From Trichoplax adhaerens (taxonomy: Eukaryota; Animalia; Placozoa), in the NCBI RefSeq assembly GCF_000150275.1, contig NW_002060952.1:394482-458481 (forward strand): a stretch of 64,000 bases of DNA. Direction: 5' to 3'. Shown here one piece after another: positions 14,277-29,200 of this stretch; within the stretch, counting starts at the first letter, position 1, and every line of letters begins with the position of its first letter. Made by a program: the position numbers and the translations under genes. The notes beneath the pieces were generated by a model, which made no database searches, was not told the DNA's origin, and saw only the letters and a program-made list of their open reading frames with translations.

Positions 14277-15187
14277 TTAGTCAGATTTAGTATGAGATGG
14301 AGTTGATTTTTTGTCAGATGTCTGATTTCTCTGTTTATCGCGAGATGTTTCCGAAGTGTTATTTCCTAAATCGAGTAAGTCAATGGGTGCCTCCAGTAAA
14401 CTATTTCGATCGGATTCTATTACCCAATTGGTTAATTTACCAATGCCATAGCCAAAGGCGGAAATAATGAATATCACACTGCCCTGAGCGATTAGGTTAT
14501 CTCGAAGCAACGGCTTTTGTAATATTCGACTGTCTATTATTACAATTATTATAGCTAAAACTAAAGATACAGCTAAGCAAAACAAGGGTCTTCTGCCTTC
14601 CTTGCGACGTTGCTCTTGCAAGGTATCCAATGATTGTTTCAAGCATTCTTCAATTTTCTATCACCGTAACAAAAATATACAAGGCGAGTTTATAATATCA
14701 TTGTTATTCAAAAATGATATATATTACTCCTTAATATTACAGCAGCAAGATCCAGTACAAATCTATTCGTCATTTACAGATACAGATCATTGCCTTGTAC
14801 TTGGAGTATCATGATGTCATTATTTTGCATTGGTAATAAGAATGTTACCTTTTTGCCCCTTGCATCTTTAGTCTTTTCAGCTGCAAGGCGGTAGCTGATC
14901 ACAGCGTTTTTGTAATGTTGAGCGCTATGTTCTATCTCAGCTTTCATAATATACCCATCAGGCTTATTTCGCGATCTTTGTATATATAATATAGCATCTT
15001 GAAGTGCTAAAGAATGATGCTCCATTTGTAAAAATACTTTGGATCTCTTTAAATACAAATGATATACAGCCGGCTGTATCTTGATTGCTTCGGTATAATG
15101 CAAAGCTGCTTCTATAGGTTTCTTCTCTTCCGCGGCAGCATCGCCTTTTTTTTCAGCTTCAACAGCCCGTTGTTCCCAAGACGACAT
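14277..15187 (-). CDS. TPR-repeat (STI1/SGT-like clamp) protein with two C-terminal TM helices (~239 aa; exons 15187-14849, 14657-14277)
   Basis: MSSWEQRAVEAEKKGD...AALHYTEAIKIQP...LYLKRSKVFL...ALQDA...PDGYIMKAE gives three TPR motifs. A phase-0 intron AAG|GTAACA...TAG joins a second exon with two hydrophobic segments. Confidence 0.75.
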
Positions 15188-15329
15188 GATTGCCTTTAAA
15201 ATATCAATGTCAAGTCGATCAATTGAAACTGACGATGAGTTCAATTCAAGCGGATAGACAATGCAGTATATCGATACAGAGCAGACAATATGATCGATTG
15301 TAAGAAACCTGTAAAATATCCACCTGAGT

Positions 15330-15533
15330 AGGCTATCAGAGGTAAAAATTTCACCAGTTGTAAGCTGAGGTATGATTGATTAATTAATTGGTATCCTGTA
15401 CGTAGTAGTGGCGTATCCCCGTAGGTAGACGTGGACAAGCGATGAATCCGGGTTCTAATTGAAGCCTCTACAACACCAACTTGACCAGGCTATCAGAGTC
15501 GAAAATTTCTACAGTTGTAAGCTGAGGTATGAT
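15330..15533. repeat. ~47-bp direct repeat (15330-15376 and 15487-15533) upstream of the TPR gene
   Basis: aggctatcagag...aaaattt...cagttgtaagctgaggtatgat occurs twice, 157 bp apart. Confidence 0.8.
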
Positions 15534-15819
15534 CTATAAAGTGGTTTAATAGTATGTATGTATGTATCAGTGGATATAGAAGGAAGATTGAATAGAAAGT
15601 CAATGCTTGCAATAGGCTGGAAAAGTCGAGAAATGGACGTCGAAAGAAGGCCAAGAACTACAACGTTGCCAATTGCATCCACTGTCACTGCCGTCGTCCA
15701 GTTGACATGAGCAGGAAAGCTACTGTCTCATACCAGTCATAGATACAATAGACTACGCTAGCAGTAACGTTAGTATGCGCTATAGAGTTACTCCATCAAG
15801 GCACAGTTGGACACCGACA

Positions 15820-16030
15820 TAAACGGTACTGTACCGTACCGTACCATATCGTACCGTACCATATCGTACCGTGCCGTGCCGCGCTCTCTTCCAGTACTGC
15901 ATGCTCCTTTTCCAAACCGATCAATCAGCTCATACTGTACTCTACACATACGCATGTACTGTACACTGTACAGTACAGTATCCTATGCGGACATTTTTGG
16001 ACGGAATCCGGTCCATTTTTTATACAGTAC
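15820..16030. promoter_or_regulatory. GC-richer, (GTACC/TACAG/TACTG)-rich putative promoter upstream of the TPR gene
   Basis: gtactgtaccgtaccgtacc..., gtactgtacactgtacagtacagta; the same signature occurs at other gene starts in the window. Confidence 0.4.
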
Positions 16031-19000
16031 TGTGTGTGGAAATAGTAAGCTCTGATGCTACATTGGTGAATATTAAAGTGTTGAACTTTATATTCAAGAA
16101 TTGAAAAGGAAAAAGATCGCGTTGATGGGTACAGTAGGTTACTATTCAGGAAAAGTTCTCGAAATACTTAAAATATGGAATATGTTTACTACTTCTCCCA
16201 GATTTTTAGATGGCAATGTATATCGAAATTATTGCTGTATGCCTTAACTATTCTGGCATAGACAGTAGTTCAATACTGGTGTAAGTATGGCATTTTTACC
16301 TTGGTTGAAGTCCTAGTTTTTCCCTTTTCCTTTATCGAAAGAGAAAAATAAACATGCTCTGTGTGGCTCATAAAGAATTCTCGACGATTGAAATGATATG
16401 AAAACACAATTTGAAGACCGAATTAGACAAATTTGGTATCAGTCTGTGATAAAGTGTCTTCTTTAAAATACAACAAGAACTACACTTTCTTGTAAACTTC
16501 ACTTTATTACATAACATTATCTTAGCCTTAAGCTTAGTTGGGGCTTCACTACACACTAAGTCCACAGTCCAAAGACTATCCTTGTGTAAACGTTGACATT
16601 TTTTTCGATTTGTGCTATCCTACAATGGGGTTAATTTCGAAATTTTTGATATAAAAAGTATTTAGTGATATTCAGTATGGTATACAGTAATAAGGTATGA
16701 CAATTTCAGCCAAGTATTCTAACAAATTTTCATTAACTGGCGGGATTTACTATACACTGTACAGTTGAGGGACTTTCAAGACTTAAACTTAGTCTTAGTA
16801 GCCCTTGGTACAGTTACTGCCGTCCGGACTCCGGTAGAGTTGCGTTGTGCTAGAATATGAGTAGATAACGTATACTTTACCAGAGACTTGGAAGAGAAAA
16901 TAGAGAATCATAAAAACTTCGAAATGACGTGGAAAATTGTTCAATTTTTTCATTTTCCCATGTGGCATTAGTATGGACAGATTCCTACTTTTAGGCTCAT
17001 GACATTAGAGAAGGATTTCTAAAAGAGAAGTCCCTGCATTACAATGTCAGAACGATGAAAATATGTGTAATAAGCTTGAAAAGAATCAGACTAAAACTGC
17101 AAGCAGTAGTAGGCTACCAAATAGAAATTCGTAATTGATTCAGTATTCTTAACGAGGTTCACTTTAGTGCTCAAGTTCTAGTATGGTATAGTTTCGGTGA
17201 ACTCTTTTAATTGTTGCGGCAAAATTTTACAGACAGAATTGATAACCATAATTTATAATTTAACCCCTTAGGTTAATAAGCGCAATTGTACATTAATTAA
17301 AATAAAAATCTATATCTTGAAGCAGAAAGCGCTCTAAGGAGTGGCGGTATCAAACGTCGATAATTACATAAGTGAAACAGAAAATTTATACTATATAAGC
17401 TCAGTAAAATGGATGAACCTTAAAGCTGCGTAGTCGTATTTTTACCATGATGCTATGGAATAGACTAACGGATTTTCAAACGTACGTGTACAGCATGCAA
17501 TATTTTAAAAGACTAGGTGTTCAAATGCAGTGTTGTAGAATAAAATCGCTCATTAAACAAAACATCACAAGCAAATACTAAATTATGGTTGGAATAATTG
17601 ATAAAATTCATTGTATACTTCAATCTTGATGTACAGAAGTATTTTTATTGACAGTGAAATTCAAAAACGCTACTCATTCTAATCGTTAAAAGAATCCTTC
17701 ATCAAATACCATGAATTCCGCTACGGTTTGTGCTTCATTGGAATCATTACAGCTCCAGCCTTACACAACTGTTTTTACTGTATTTTCGTTCATTTTGCCA
17801 GTGGTAAAAAAATAGAAAAGACCACAATCATAATACCCGTAGTATATGCATAATAAGTAAGATGGCAGCGCTAGCCGGAGGGGACTAGTGGTGTCAAGGA
17901 TATTACATTTAGGCGTTAGGATACTGAAGTCGAATGTTACTAATGGATAATTTAGAGACAATACCTGTAGCGATTACGTTGTCTAGGTTTTACTACTGTA
18001 ATATTCAACAGTAAAATTAAGTAGTAAACTATTTTTACCAACTAACTTTAGAAAATAATTTAATGATGAGTGACCGTTCTGTAGTAGGGGAAATATTAGT
18101 ACTGATTATACTAGTCAAGCTGCGAAGCGAGTGTTATGCTTACAAGTAATTTATCCTCCTTGACTTAAAATCAGTTTTGCTCATAACGTCGCTAACTCAA
18201 TGGATAGCACCGTATCAACAGATATCCCGAATAACATTGGCCTGCGTTAACCATAGCATTGAATATTTTGCTTTTACTATCTTTTTAAATCCATTGAGAA
18301 TGTAATGTTTAATGTTGCAGAAACTTGAATACCCATGTGCAATGGAGCGTTCAGTATCATTGATAAAAGTTTGAAAATATCCATGGTATTTTCAACTAGG
18401 TATTAATTTTATTTAACTTCGCCTTAAGCGTACCGTAGTGAAGTGGTTCCTGTGATAGTCTTATACATGCAAACATAGAGTAATTCGCTTGTGGTGGGTG
18501 TAAAATCGTAGAAGTAAAAGAAAGAAAAAGCTCTTTGGTAAACCAACAACCTTAATTACTATACAATGTACTGTACATACTGTATACCGTTAAAGGTCAC
18601 TTTAAACCAGAGTTTGATTATAATTCTTAGGACTCGACGATACAGTATCAAAGACCTCTCGCATCCATAGCATTAATCCATCATTGAGGCAGACAAGCAA
18701 TCTTCGCCGCTGTCTTGATTCAGTATTCACGCTATCGTTTGGCGATACGCCCGATTTTACAAGTATAGCTCATACGAGCTTTAGTAATATCGCTCTATGT
18801 ACATTACATTATAAATCTAAAAGCGCATCAACTTCAGTTCCATAAATCTATCGCGATTACTGTCTATGTAAGTAATAAATTAATCTCTGTTTGACTTCAA
18901 CATGGCCAATTGAACGTCATATTTGACGTATTTTGTACGTAAACGTTAAATTAGCCGCTATTTTACCACAAAATAATCTGTTGCCTGGGCCATAAGACCA

Positions 19001-20422
19001 GACTTAGACAATATTTGCTATTATGACCCACTCATCAATAAATAATAATATTTACAATTTCCATTATCAACATGTTACAATGCTGTTAGTATCGTAAATA
19101 CAGAATCTTATCATTTAGCAACTGAAATATACTTATGTAGAGGTATGTCCTAACAGAAGCCATTTATGTACTTAGAAAATCTATATGCAATTGATGATGT
19201 AGCTTATTATCGCTAAACTTAGCAGAAACTGCTAATAGTATATTTTGATAATGTAAATGTTACTCTATGTCTAATACTGTGACCCAAAATATTATTCTAG
19301 GCAAGAGAAATGGAAAAAGTAAGATAATGAAGAACTTGTTTTTGTAAGCTATTCTTCTATATAACTGAGGTCTTTTCATGATATAAATAGTAGCTATGGC
19401 TTTAACTTTATATCTAGGGTTATAGCAGGTTTTTGTTGCACTAAGACACAAGTTACTTAAAACTATGATTCTCTTAACAATAAATAGTATTTAAATTAAT
19501 CTTTCAATTATTCATACAATAACAATTTCCTTCATTTTAGCAAGAAATCAACCTACTATATTCTATGATATCGCATTTCAACAACCCCCTATACACTTTA
19601 TGAATTAATGTTGATATCATTATCGTAGCTAATTAAAACTATCAATCTCATCAATGTTCTAGAATTCTTCATTAAATAATATGTGAATATGTCAGTTAAT
19701 GCGGTCCATATTTAGTCGAACTTAACAAATTAAACTGTTAACGTTAACAATCTTGTAAGAACCGCATCATATGATCTTAAGGTGCATGTGAACACTTAAT
19801 AATACCAGAAAGGTAACATGTGTCTTCGTTTATGGCTGAATTGGTTTCAGTACGGATACGAATATAAAATTAAAATAGGGTTGTAAATTTTAATATTAAA
19901 AAATCTGCTCGAAAAGCATCCGTACACGACTTGTGTGGGGCCAATGGATGCGAATAAAATAAAGTCGTGTAGTGGATTATATAACGTAAAGATGTGTAGG
20001 CATGCAGTAGGTATAGGCTGATGATGATAGGACAGCTTAAGAACCGAATGTACTAGTTATTCTCAGTACTTTAAAGTCATGGCTGATGATCTATTAGCTG
20101 TCTCCAAGTAACAAAGTCCCGTACTCATATACGAATTTAAACGTAGTAGCAGTTAGCTATTACAAATCCTAAAGTGATCTATAAGGAAAATGATCCTCTG
20201 ACACATATAGCAATATAGGGATTTCCTTTTATGGAATCTACGGCATATTAGTGCTAACTATTTTATCGTAAATAACTAATTATGGTTTGCTCAGTTGTAG
20301 CAACTGACACAGGTTCGCTTATTAAGAGATTGAGGTTAACTATATAAGTAATAGGATAACTTATTCTGATGGGGTTCTTATGATTAGCGTGAACAAATTA
20401 GGAATAAAAAATTACAATACTC

Positions 20423-20887
20423 TATATAAACTCTCAAATTTAAGCATAAAATTAGCATTTCTTCATTCTCCTCAATCTCTTTCGTCTCATATCAGATCCA
20501 TCAATAAAATCAAATAGCAATTACCACCGGCAGCAGCACAGTCTGCACAGATCTCAGCAGACAGTGCAAATGCAATTATAACAGATTTGACGATTTAATC
20601 GTGAATTGATCACTTTAATTAATACTACAAGAAGAAACCTATCGGAATTTTTGCAAATTAATTCATCAAGTTCTTAACAACCAACAGTAATATTCCTATA
20701 ATCATGGTAGGTATTGACATAACTATAGTAGTAATATGAATCGCTTAGAGAAATATATTCTCTTGACTTACACATTGTTGCTAACATTCTCAGGCGTAAA
20801 CTTGAATACGATTTCAAGTTGTTTCTTTAAATCATGTTAGAGCGAAGTAAAACGGGAACAAGTTTATTTTGAATCATGAAATTATAG
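20423..20887 (+). promoter_or_regulatory. Putative TATA/Inr transcription start with spliced leader exons (5'UTR of the SEC14-like gene, or an independent small-ORF transcript)
   Basis: TATATAAA at 20423, Inr-like GCATTT/TCATTC ~30-40 nt later, donor at ATG|GTAG|GTATTG (20704-20716), branch CTAAC plus CAG acceptor at 20793, donor AG|GTAGAC at 20888. Confidence 0.4.
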
Positions 20888-23800
20888 GTAGACGTCAAGT
20901 CTACAAACTAAAATTAAAATTTATCAACATCCGCAACAACAATCTTGATCGTATTGTACCTTTGTGTATATTTATTAATTCATCTATGTTAGCGATGACA
21001 CAGACTGATACTATGGTATCTAGTAGTCCATAGCTCTGATCAAATGTATAATTGTTACAGATGAGACATGTAACTTCATATCTATGCATCACTATAGGAA
21101 TATACTTATAATTATCCACTTACCTTCATATATAAAAATATTATTGACAAGGTATTAAAAATAATTCAATTCCTAATTAATTAATAACAATAACCTCAAT
21201 ATGAATTGGTCAGTGTAAATATGTTCAAGTAAGTAGAATGTGGTAAACTTTTTCATTCTATAGTTCCATAAAACTTGAAAAGAGGATTTTAATTGTAATT
21301 TTACAGTAAAATTAAATAAAAGGGCGAGTGTAATTGATCATAAGTACAGCAATATAGTTCTATTTCACTATATGTCTACTCTCTTGCTGCCATCTAAATC
21401 AATCATTCTTGCTTATGGATTATTATCATAATTAGGATTAAAGTGAAGTCTTGTATCCAATAGTTGACCTTTATAGAGCCACATATAAATTTGGTATAGT
21501 TTTTTGCTTTCATTGTCAAATGCTGTATAATTACGTTAAAAAAATAGATAAATTATTGATTATGAAGAAAATATTTTGATTCATATAACGCCAAATCCTA
21601 ATATTAATCCCTATTAGGGAAGTATTCAAAACTTTGAGATAGTCACTTATTACTAGTAATATTCATAATAAACTATTACCATGGTAAATAGGAAAGCCAC
21701 TTTGATATATTGCTAAACTTAATGTCGGATGAATGCAATACAGTTTTAAATAGACAGCATCACCTGTGCCATTTTATAACTAATAAATATCGCCTTCATC
21801 ATAGAATTTATTGCAAGACAATCTTCTATTTTCCTGTTCATTATTTCTCTCGCAAAATATAGCCCTATGAACGCTTGAAGAAAGAGCTCCAATTTAATTT
21901 TAGTTTCCGCTATTGTAAATAGGTTCTTGATCACAATAGCACGTAGTCATTTGTACTCGGAATATCCTTACGCTGAAATGGCGCCGATTTTCGATCATAA
22001 TCGAAAGGTCGTCTCTTTATGATAGGATAAATTCATTTAATACTAAATGAAATGATTGAAATGAATGATACGATATTTAATTATACTCACTTTCAAAGGG
22101 TATTATGAATGTAATTCATCAATACCGATATTTTTTTCAATTGATTTGAAATCAGTATGAGTATCTTTGATTAGATTTAAAAACATTTCAAGTAGAATAG
22201 TCGATTCTCTCTAACTACAGCAATCTATTCTTGGCGTTTAGACGTAATTGCATGTAGATTGATTTGAATGGCAGGTATAGACATATCACAAAGTCATAGT
22301 GATAATCATAATATCGTTGATAGACATCGTCTTGTCTTCAATGTCGCCTCTATTAAAAAATGTTCAAGTAATGTCAAATTAATTTGTCATTAAAGAATGT
22401 CAAGTTATCAAAAATTCTATCGTTTCCAATCATGGACATTACCCTTATTAATTATTCTTGTTTACATTTTTATGATGATAAATTCAACTAATAATACGAC
22501 CTGATAATCTTGGAAAAATGATAAAGTACGAGATTGTCAAATGTTACTACACCGACGATGGCTACTTTAAAATTAAAATTAGATCTTGATATCGATATGA
22601 AATGCTTTGCAATTATTTTGTAACATTTCTCCTTATAGTATAGACGTAATCTAAATTTTACCTTCTTTTAATTTACAGTACTCAAAATCTGATCTTGAGT
22701 AATGCATGCTAAAAGAGAGTATCTCTAGGATTAAATTTAAAACATTTATTATTTCATTCAATCATTTATTCATTTTATTCACAGATTGATGGAAAAATAG
22801 ATCATTCTTTAGATTTTTAATATTATCTCTAAGAAATTGTTTATGAAATGATTGACAATTATCTTTTCGCCAGTAAAATGATCAAAATTTCATCACATAC
22901 AGGACAGGTACTGTTAGCTTGTAATAAGCAAGAAATAAATAATACCCAATATTTAGTAGTATGTATCCTTTTAAAACTAGAGAAATAAATATAAATTTAT
23001 TAGTCAATTAAACGACTCATCATGATGAAAATTAAAACTATCATACCAAATTGTTTTATTATTTTAAGTTATCCACTATTATAAATATTTAAATGAGAGC
23101 ATATTCTGATAACAATCTTCGCGTATTACTCTTTCTTAAAGCTATTAAAGTTAAACAACGATTTATTAAGTGGCGGTCCTTCTCTATTTTTACATCAGTC
23201 TACGGAAGCTTGCGATATTGTAATACATTCTTTTGTCACCTTGTCTATAAAGACAGGTCGGTAAAAATAATTGACGTCAATAAACGAGTCTTTATTGTGT
23301 TCATAATATTAATTTCCTTTTTATTTTCTTGTTTGTTAAGTTTCTCCTAACTTACTCATTGAATGATCTCTCAATATCCATGAAAGAGATTTTTTCATTC
23401 TATGGTGATTCAACGCCTATGCTGTTTAATCAATGCTATGTAGAACTATAAACTATAAAATAGACGCCAACTGATTTAGAAATTACTCTCTGGAAAATTG
23501 ACATCAAAGACCACAAACTAAGAAGGTAAGAGAAAATATATAGTTGTCATTAAACTTTAGACATCAATTCCTGTACTACAAGCATGATTATTAGAAACTT
23601 CGTAAAGAAATTCTTTAACAGTATCATTCAATTTTGGGTAAATTCTACTTATTAAAAGAGTTTTACGTTCAAGACTAGAAAATTGTCGTCAATCTTGTAG
23701 CAGAATAAATCTTTATTAATTTATGCTATTATATTCAATATTCCGTTAAAACTGCTTTGCTAAAATAAATCAGTAATATATAAAATGGAAAACATAGCTT

Positions 23801-25636
23801 TATTTATAGTTACTTCTTACAATTTTAAAAAATTTTCTACTAGTTTTCCCGATAGAACTCGGAAATACGGTATTGGAGGGCTTATTTAAATCACGACTAC
23901 ACTTTACCATTTTCTTAATAATTCACAGAAACTTAATTGATACCTACAACATGAAATATTTTCTCTGAGTTATTCTATAATTATGATATAAAGCCTTTTG
24001 CGTTATCAAAAGCTTTAGCTTGCATTAATTTATGCCTACGGTATTAGCCGATCATAGCCCATTTTGATCGTCTATAACCAAATTTCTAAAATATTCAAGC
24101 CGTCGATATCGAACCAAAACAAAATACCAGCAAATTGCTTTAACTTTAAAAGATAATTTAGATTCCTTCGCTGATAATGAGATTATCTACTTGTAAGTTT
24201 GAAGCAAGCGTTATACAGTATACTGTACTGTACAATCGTTTCTTCAGCATAGGGATGCCTTTTAAAAGGATTTTAAATTTAGTACCCAATTGTAAGTGTT
24301 TACATCTTGGCAGGTAATTCATTAATTATAGAAATACGGTATCAACGTTACTGACTTGATTATACTGTACATCGTAAATTAAATAGACATAAACAGGATT
24401 TTATTAATTGTAACGGATATAATTAAATGGTCTTTACTTTGCACATCGGAAACTTCAGTTTTAATTTACATAAACGAATTTATCATTACCCTAGCAATGA
24501 TTTCTTAGTTAAGATGAAATGAAAAACTCGGAGACTTTTAAGCACCGTTATTACGTCAGCAATTGCTGGTATTGTTCTAAGCACCCTTTGATAAGTCAAT
24601 TTTTTATGTATTACAGTATTACAATAGCTTTCGATTTAGAAGCTTTAGAGAGGGTATATCAGTTTTTTAAATAAAAACTCTTTAGTATAAAACTGGTACT
24701 ATCCATCCTTAATTTATTCGTTTTCGTAAGAAGCTAAAATTAAACGTCTTTTCGAGTAAGTTAAAAATTTAAAGGTTTAAATTAAATCAATTAGAATTGA
24801 TGGAGGACAACCATCACTAGCTTTATATAAATTGTGTAGTATACGTATAAATAATCTGATTTATCATTACCCCTTTCCTCTAAAAAATGGAATCAAATTG
24901 TCCTCACCTATCAAAACATTCCGAACCATGTGTAGTGACTATATTATTATATATATTACTATAGGTTTCTTTTTTATTAATTACACCCTGTTTATGATTA
25001 AACAATGTATTTAATTTAAAACATGAATAGATTTATCATCTTTAACGATAGTGTAGTATTTATAAATAGAATGTTACTGCCCCCTTCATTAGTAGCCACC
25101 CAACTATCTGATTTTCAGATTTCTTCAATATTGTACGGATGCTTACTGTTAAATGAAGTATACTATAATTATAAATTGAGTCCATATATATATATATCTT
25201 ATACTGGTGAATTATCGGTATCAATTATTATATTAAGGAACAAATAAATAAATCGTCGGGCATTCAAAACATAGAGTGTAGATAGCTTTTGAGTAAAGTA
25301 GAAATCAACCATCTAGTTCCGATACAATTAAATAGGTTAATAGGTTTCTTAAAGTAATCTTGCAATTGTAAAATACATGTACGTATTATCTCACAATTTT
25401 ATAAGCCAGATAAGATAACAAGTTAAATTTGGATAAATCCTATTTCCATGTATGTTCGATCTTACAAGACATTTTGTGTCAAAATTGATATACGACCTTT
25501 TATAGTTATCTTCGTCTAACTTTAGTCTTTCGACAATTTTACTTTTAATTTAAAAATTACATTATAAATGGTGCATTTTCGCTAATAATAAGCGAAATGT
25601 GTCAGCTGAATAATTGCTTATTTATTATGAAGATAA

Positions 25637-26273
25637 NNNNNNNNNNNNNNNNNNNNNNNNNNNNNNNNNNNNNNNNNNNNNNNNNNNNNNNNNNNNNNNN
25701 NNNNNNNNNNNNNNNNNNNNNNNNNNNNNNNNNNNNNNNNNNNNNNNNNNNNNNNNNNNNNNNNNNNNNNNNNNNNNNNNNNNNNNNNNNNNNNNNNNNN
25801 NNNNNNNNNNNNNNNNNNNNNNNNNNNNNNNNNNNNNNNNNNNNNNNNNNNNNNNNNNNNNNNNNNNNNNNNNNNNNNNNNNNNNNNNNNNNNNNNNNNN
25901 NNNNNNNNNNNNNNNNNNNNNNNNNNNNNNNNNNNNNNNNNNNNNNNNNNNNNNNNNNNNNNNNNNNNNNNNNNNNNNNNNNNNNNNNNNNNNNNNNNNN
26001 NNNNNNNNNNNNNNNNNNNNNNNNNNNNNNNNNNNNNNNNNNNNNNNNNNNNNNNNNNNNNNNNNNNNNNNNNNNNNNNNNNNNNNNNNNNNNNNNNNNN
26101 NNNNNNNNNNNNNNNNNNNNNNNNNNNNNNNNNNNNNNNNNNNNNNNNNNNNNNNNNNNNNNNNNNNNNNNNNNNNNNNNNNNNNNNNNNNNNNNNNNNN
26201 NNNNNNNNNNNNNNNNNNNNNNNNNNNNNNNNNNNNNNNNNNNNNNNNNNNNNNNNNNNNNNNNNNNNNNNNN
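25637..26273. other. Assembly gap (637 N)
   Basis: Run of N; it truncates a SEC14-like exon that resumes as RWLK. Confidence 1.
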
Positions 26274-29200
26274 CGATGGCTGAAAGGTTTATTCTTGTTT
26301 TCTTGCATTCATTTCCGTAAATTCAGTGCTTGTTATATTTTATTACTTATTTTTAATTATATCGGAATTCTACTGATAAACAATAGCTCGTAAATTCGAC
26401 TTAGCCAAATCAGAAGCAATGCTGCGAAAGGTAAATTATTTAAATTTGTTATATAAAGTAATGAAAATCAGTAGTGGCAATTTAGGGTGTCGAAATACCG
26501 GAAGTTTGAAAAATATCGAGAGTAAAAGTAAATTAAAGCTAGTACATAACTGATTTTTTGATACGTATATTGTGAACATTTAGAGTATGGAATTTCGAAA
26601 GGAAATGAAACTAGATGATTTGGTACAATCTTATAAAATACCTCAGGTTAGTACATATACAATTCTTAACAATGGCAAATTGGAATCATTTATGTTACAT
26701 TATTACTTTAGCTATAGTTTAAGGATTTGATCTTCAATCTATATTTGATTTACAAATTTTTGTGTCAACAGTATTTGATTTACAAATTTTTGTGTCAACA
26801 GTATTCCTAGATTTTCATTATAGGATTTTCGTTTATCCTAAGATTTATAGTTTAGCTATCACACAGAAGCTTGCTGGTCATGATTTTTATTTGCATATGA
26901 TCAAAATTTTCATTATCGTAAATGTTAGATTAAGTTTATTGAACGACTGCTTTTATAAAGTACAAAATAATTAGCTATGGTTGTAGCATTAAGTTGAACG
27001 AGATAGGAATATACATCGTTTATATCTTGCTAAGAAAATATGGTAGTCTTGTCATATATTTCAGTACGGTATCTAATGTCTAGAAAGTTATAGCTATTAT
27101 TTATTATTTTAACTTTTGAGCGGTTATGTCTATGTCAGCAGGGAAGGAAAATGCTGTAATAAAGCGATTTAAACCTATAATTATAATTACAATTCCTATA
27201 GTATTTTTTACTATTGAATACAACTGATGCTGGATTTTTCGCATTAGAGACTCGTTCCATATTTGCGGTGGCAGACTTTAATTTATAAATTATCTTAATG
27301 TAATATTCAATACTTTAATAAAACCTATAGATCATACAAGATTACTACTCAGGCAATTATTTCGGTTACGATAAAGAAGGTTCACCGGTCTTGGTGGATC
27401 CAATTGGAAATCTGGATATCAAAGGTATGGTAATAAAATCTATACCTTGACCTCAAAAATTTTTACTTTATTTTGCGCTTTTATTAGTTGTGCTAATATC
27501 GTTTATGAATAATCATGACAAAGATACTGGTAGTTAATGTCAACATTCTTCAATTACGATAGTTAATGACAATATGATTGTTAAATTAATCTAAATTTCT
27601 TTATGTAGCATATGATATAAGCTAATATTTACTAGATATACGTATATATCTAAATCACTTTTGATCGTGTAATGATTTAGAAAAATTTTATTATAGAAAT
27701 ATATAATGATAGATATGGTCTAATTAATAAAAAGATATTGTACTTTTATCTCTTTAGCTCTATAAATTTTATACGTTGAGGTAGATTAGTTATACGCGTA
27801 TAATCAACTATGGTAATAATGGCCTTATAGTTTCAGTGTCGATGGTAACTTTATCATATTGAGAATATCGAATCACCAACACTCCTTTTAGGGCTGATGC
27901 ATTGCGTCAAGAAAGAAGAAATCTGGAAGTACAAACTGTACATGGCTGAGATCGCAACAGTGAAATTTAAACAACAAAGTAAAAAGGTAAAAAAGCTGGC
28001 ATATACAATGAATGTAGCTTACTAATCCTTCACTAGTACACTACTTGCCATCATCTGTTCAATATTGGGTCTAGAGTAGGGATAGGCTATTAGAGTCTAC
28101 GTAGATCCTTTAATTATTAAAGCTTGCATGATATCGTTTTTTTAAATTGCCGTATTCATATTTTTAATCAATTGCTCTTAGCTTGGGTGCCGTATTGAGT
28201 CCATGACGACCATTGAAGATATGTCAAATCTGGGATTAAAACACTTATGGAAGCCTGGTAATTATCAATATTAAAATTTGGAATTCCAGAGTGAAGTTAA
28301 CTAATATTAGATTTTGTTGATGCACAGGTCTAGACTGCTTTTTTAAGGTATTATAATCGCCCGTTGGTTTTTCTTAAAATTCTAAAATATTGCGCCACTG
28401 TGATATATCAATGTGATATAACTGCTTAGCTTCGATGAATTTCATGACGGATAAGAAAACTATCATTTTTATCGTTGATAATAATATGTATTTACTAAAC
28501 TGTCTAGCGACTTGAATGTGGCATTAAATATTGTCATTTCTGCTTATTAAACAGCTTGTTAAAATGTATGAAGAGAATTATCCAGAATTTTTGAAGCGAG
28601 TTTTTATAATAAATGGTTCGTCAATGATTTATTTCTAAATTCTATGCTAGACTACTAACATCAGATTTTACTAAATGATAGCTAGATATCTAAGTTATAA
28701 AATTGATCAAGGTCATCGCGAAATTCATTTTATCATAAATTTATAACGTGTAGCTCCAGCTATATTTCCCGTCATGTATTCACTTATGAAGCCGTTCGTT
28801 AGCGAAGAAACGAAACAAAAAATTTTCGTCCTTGGCAGTAAGTTACATTTCTGTTACATAAAAATCAAAACATTGGAATAGAATTACATGCCTATTTGCC
28901 TAAAAATATTGCTGATAGCCATAGTTATATATATATTTATGATCTGGTGTTACTTCGAAGGTAACTGGAAACAAGTTTTACGACAATATATCGATGAAGA
29001 TCAATTACCGAAAGCGTTAGGAGGAGCCTGCACCGATAAAGACGGTCATCCGTATTGCAAATCGCAGGTAATGATATCTAATTATTTCAAGGAGAGTTTT
29101 ATTATATTCATAGTTGATTTTCTTTCAGTTAGCTATGGAAAGGGTAAAAAAATTCTCAAATTTAGAAAGCATTATACAGTATGCAGTACGGCATTAAAAT

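Noticed and set aside
16050-18800. Scattered short ORFs and splice-like signals (for example a TVFSFILPV GPCR-like snippet at ~17770)
   Set aside because: No consistent exon chain or family motif could be assembled
25597-26393. Long ORFs of X residues
   Set aside because: Artefacts of the N gap
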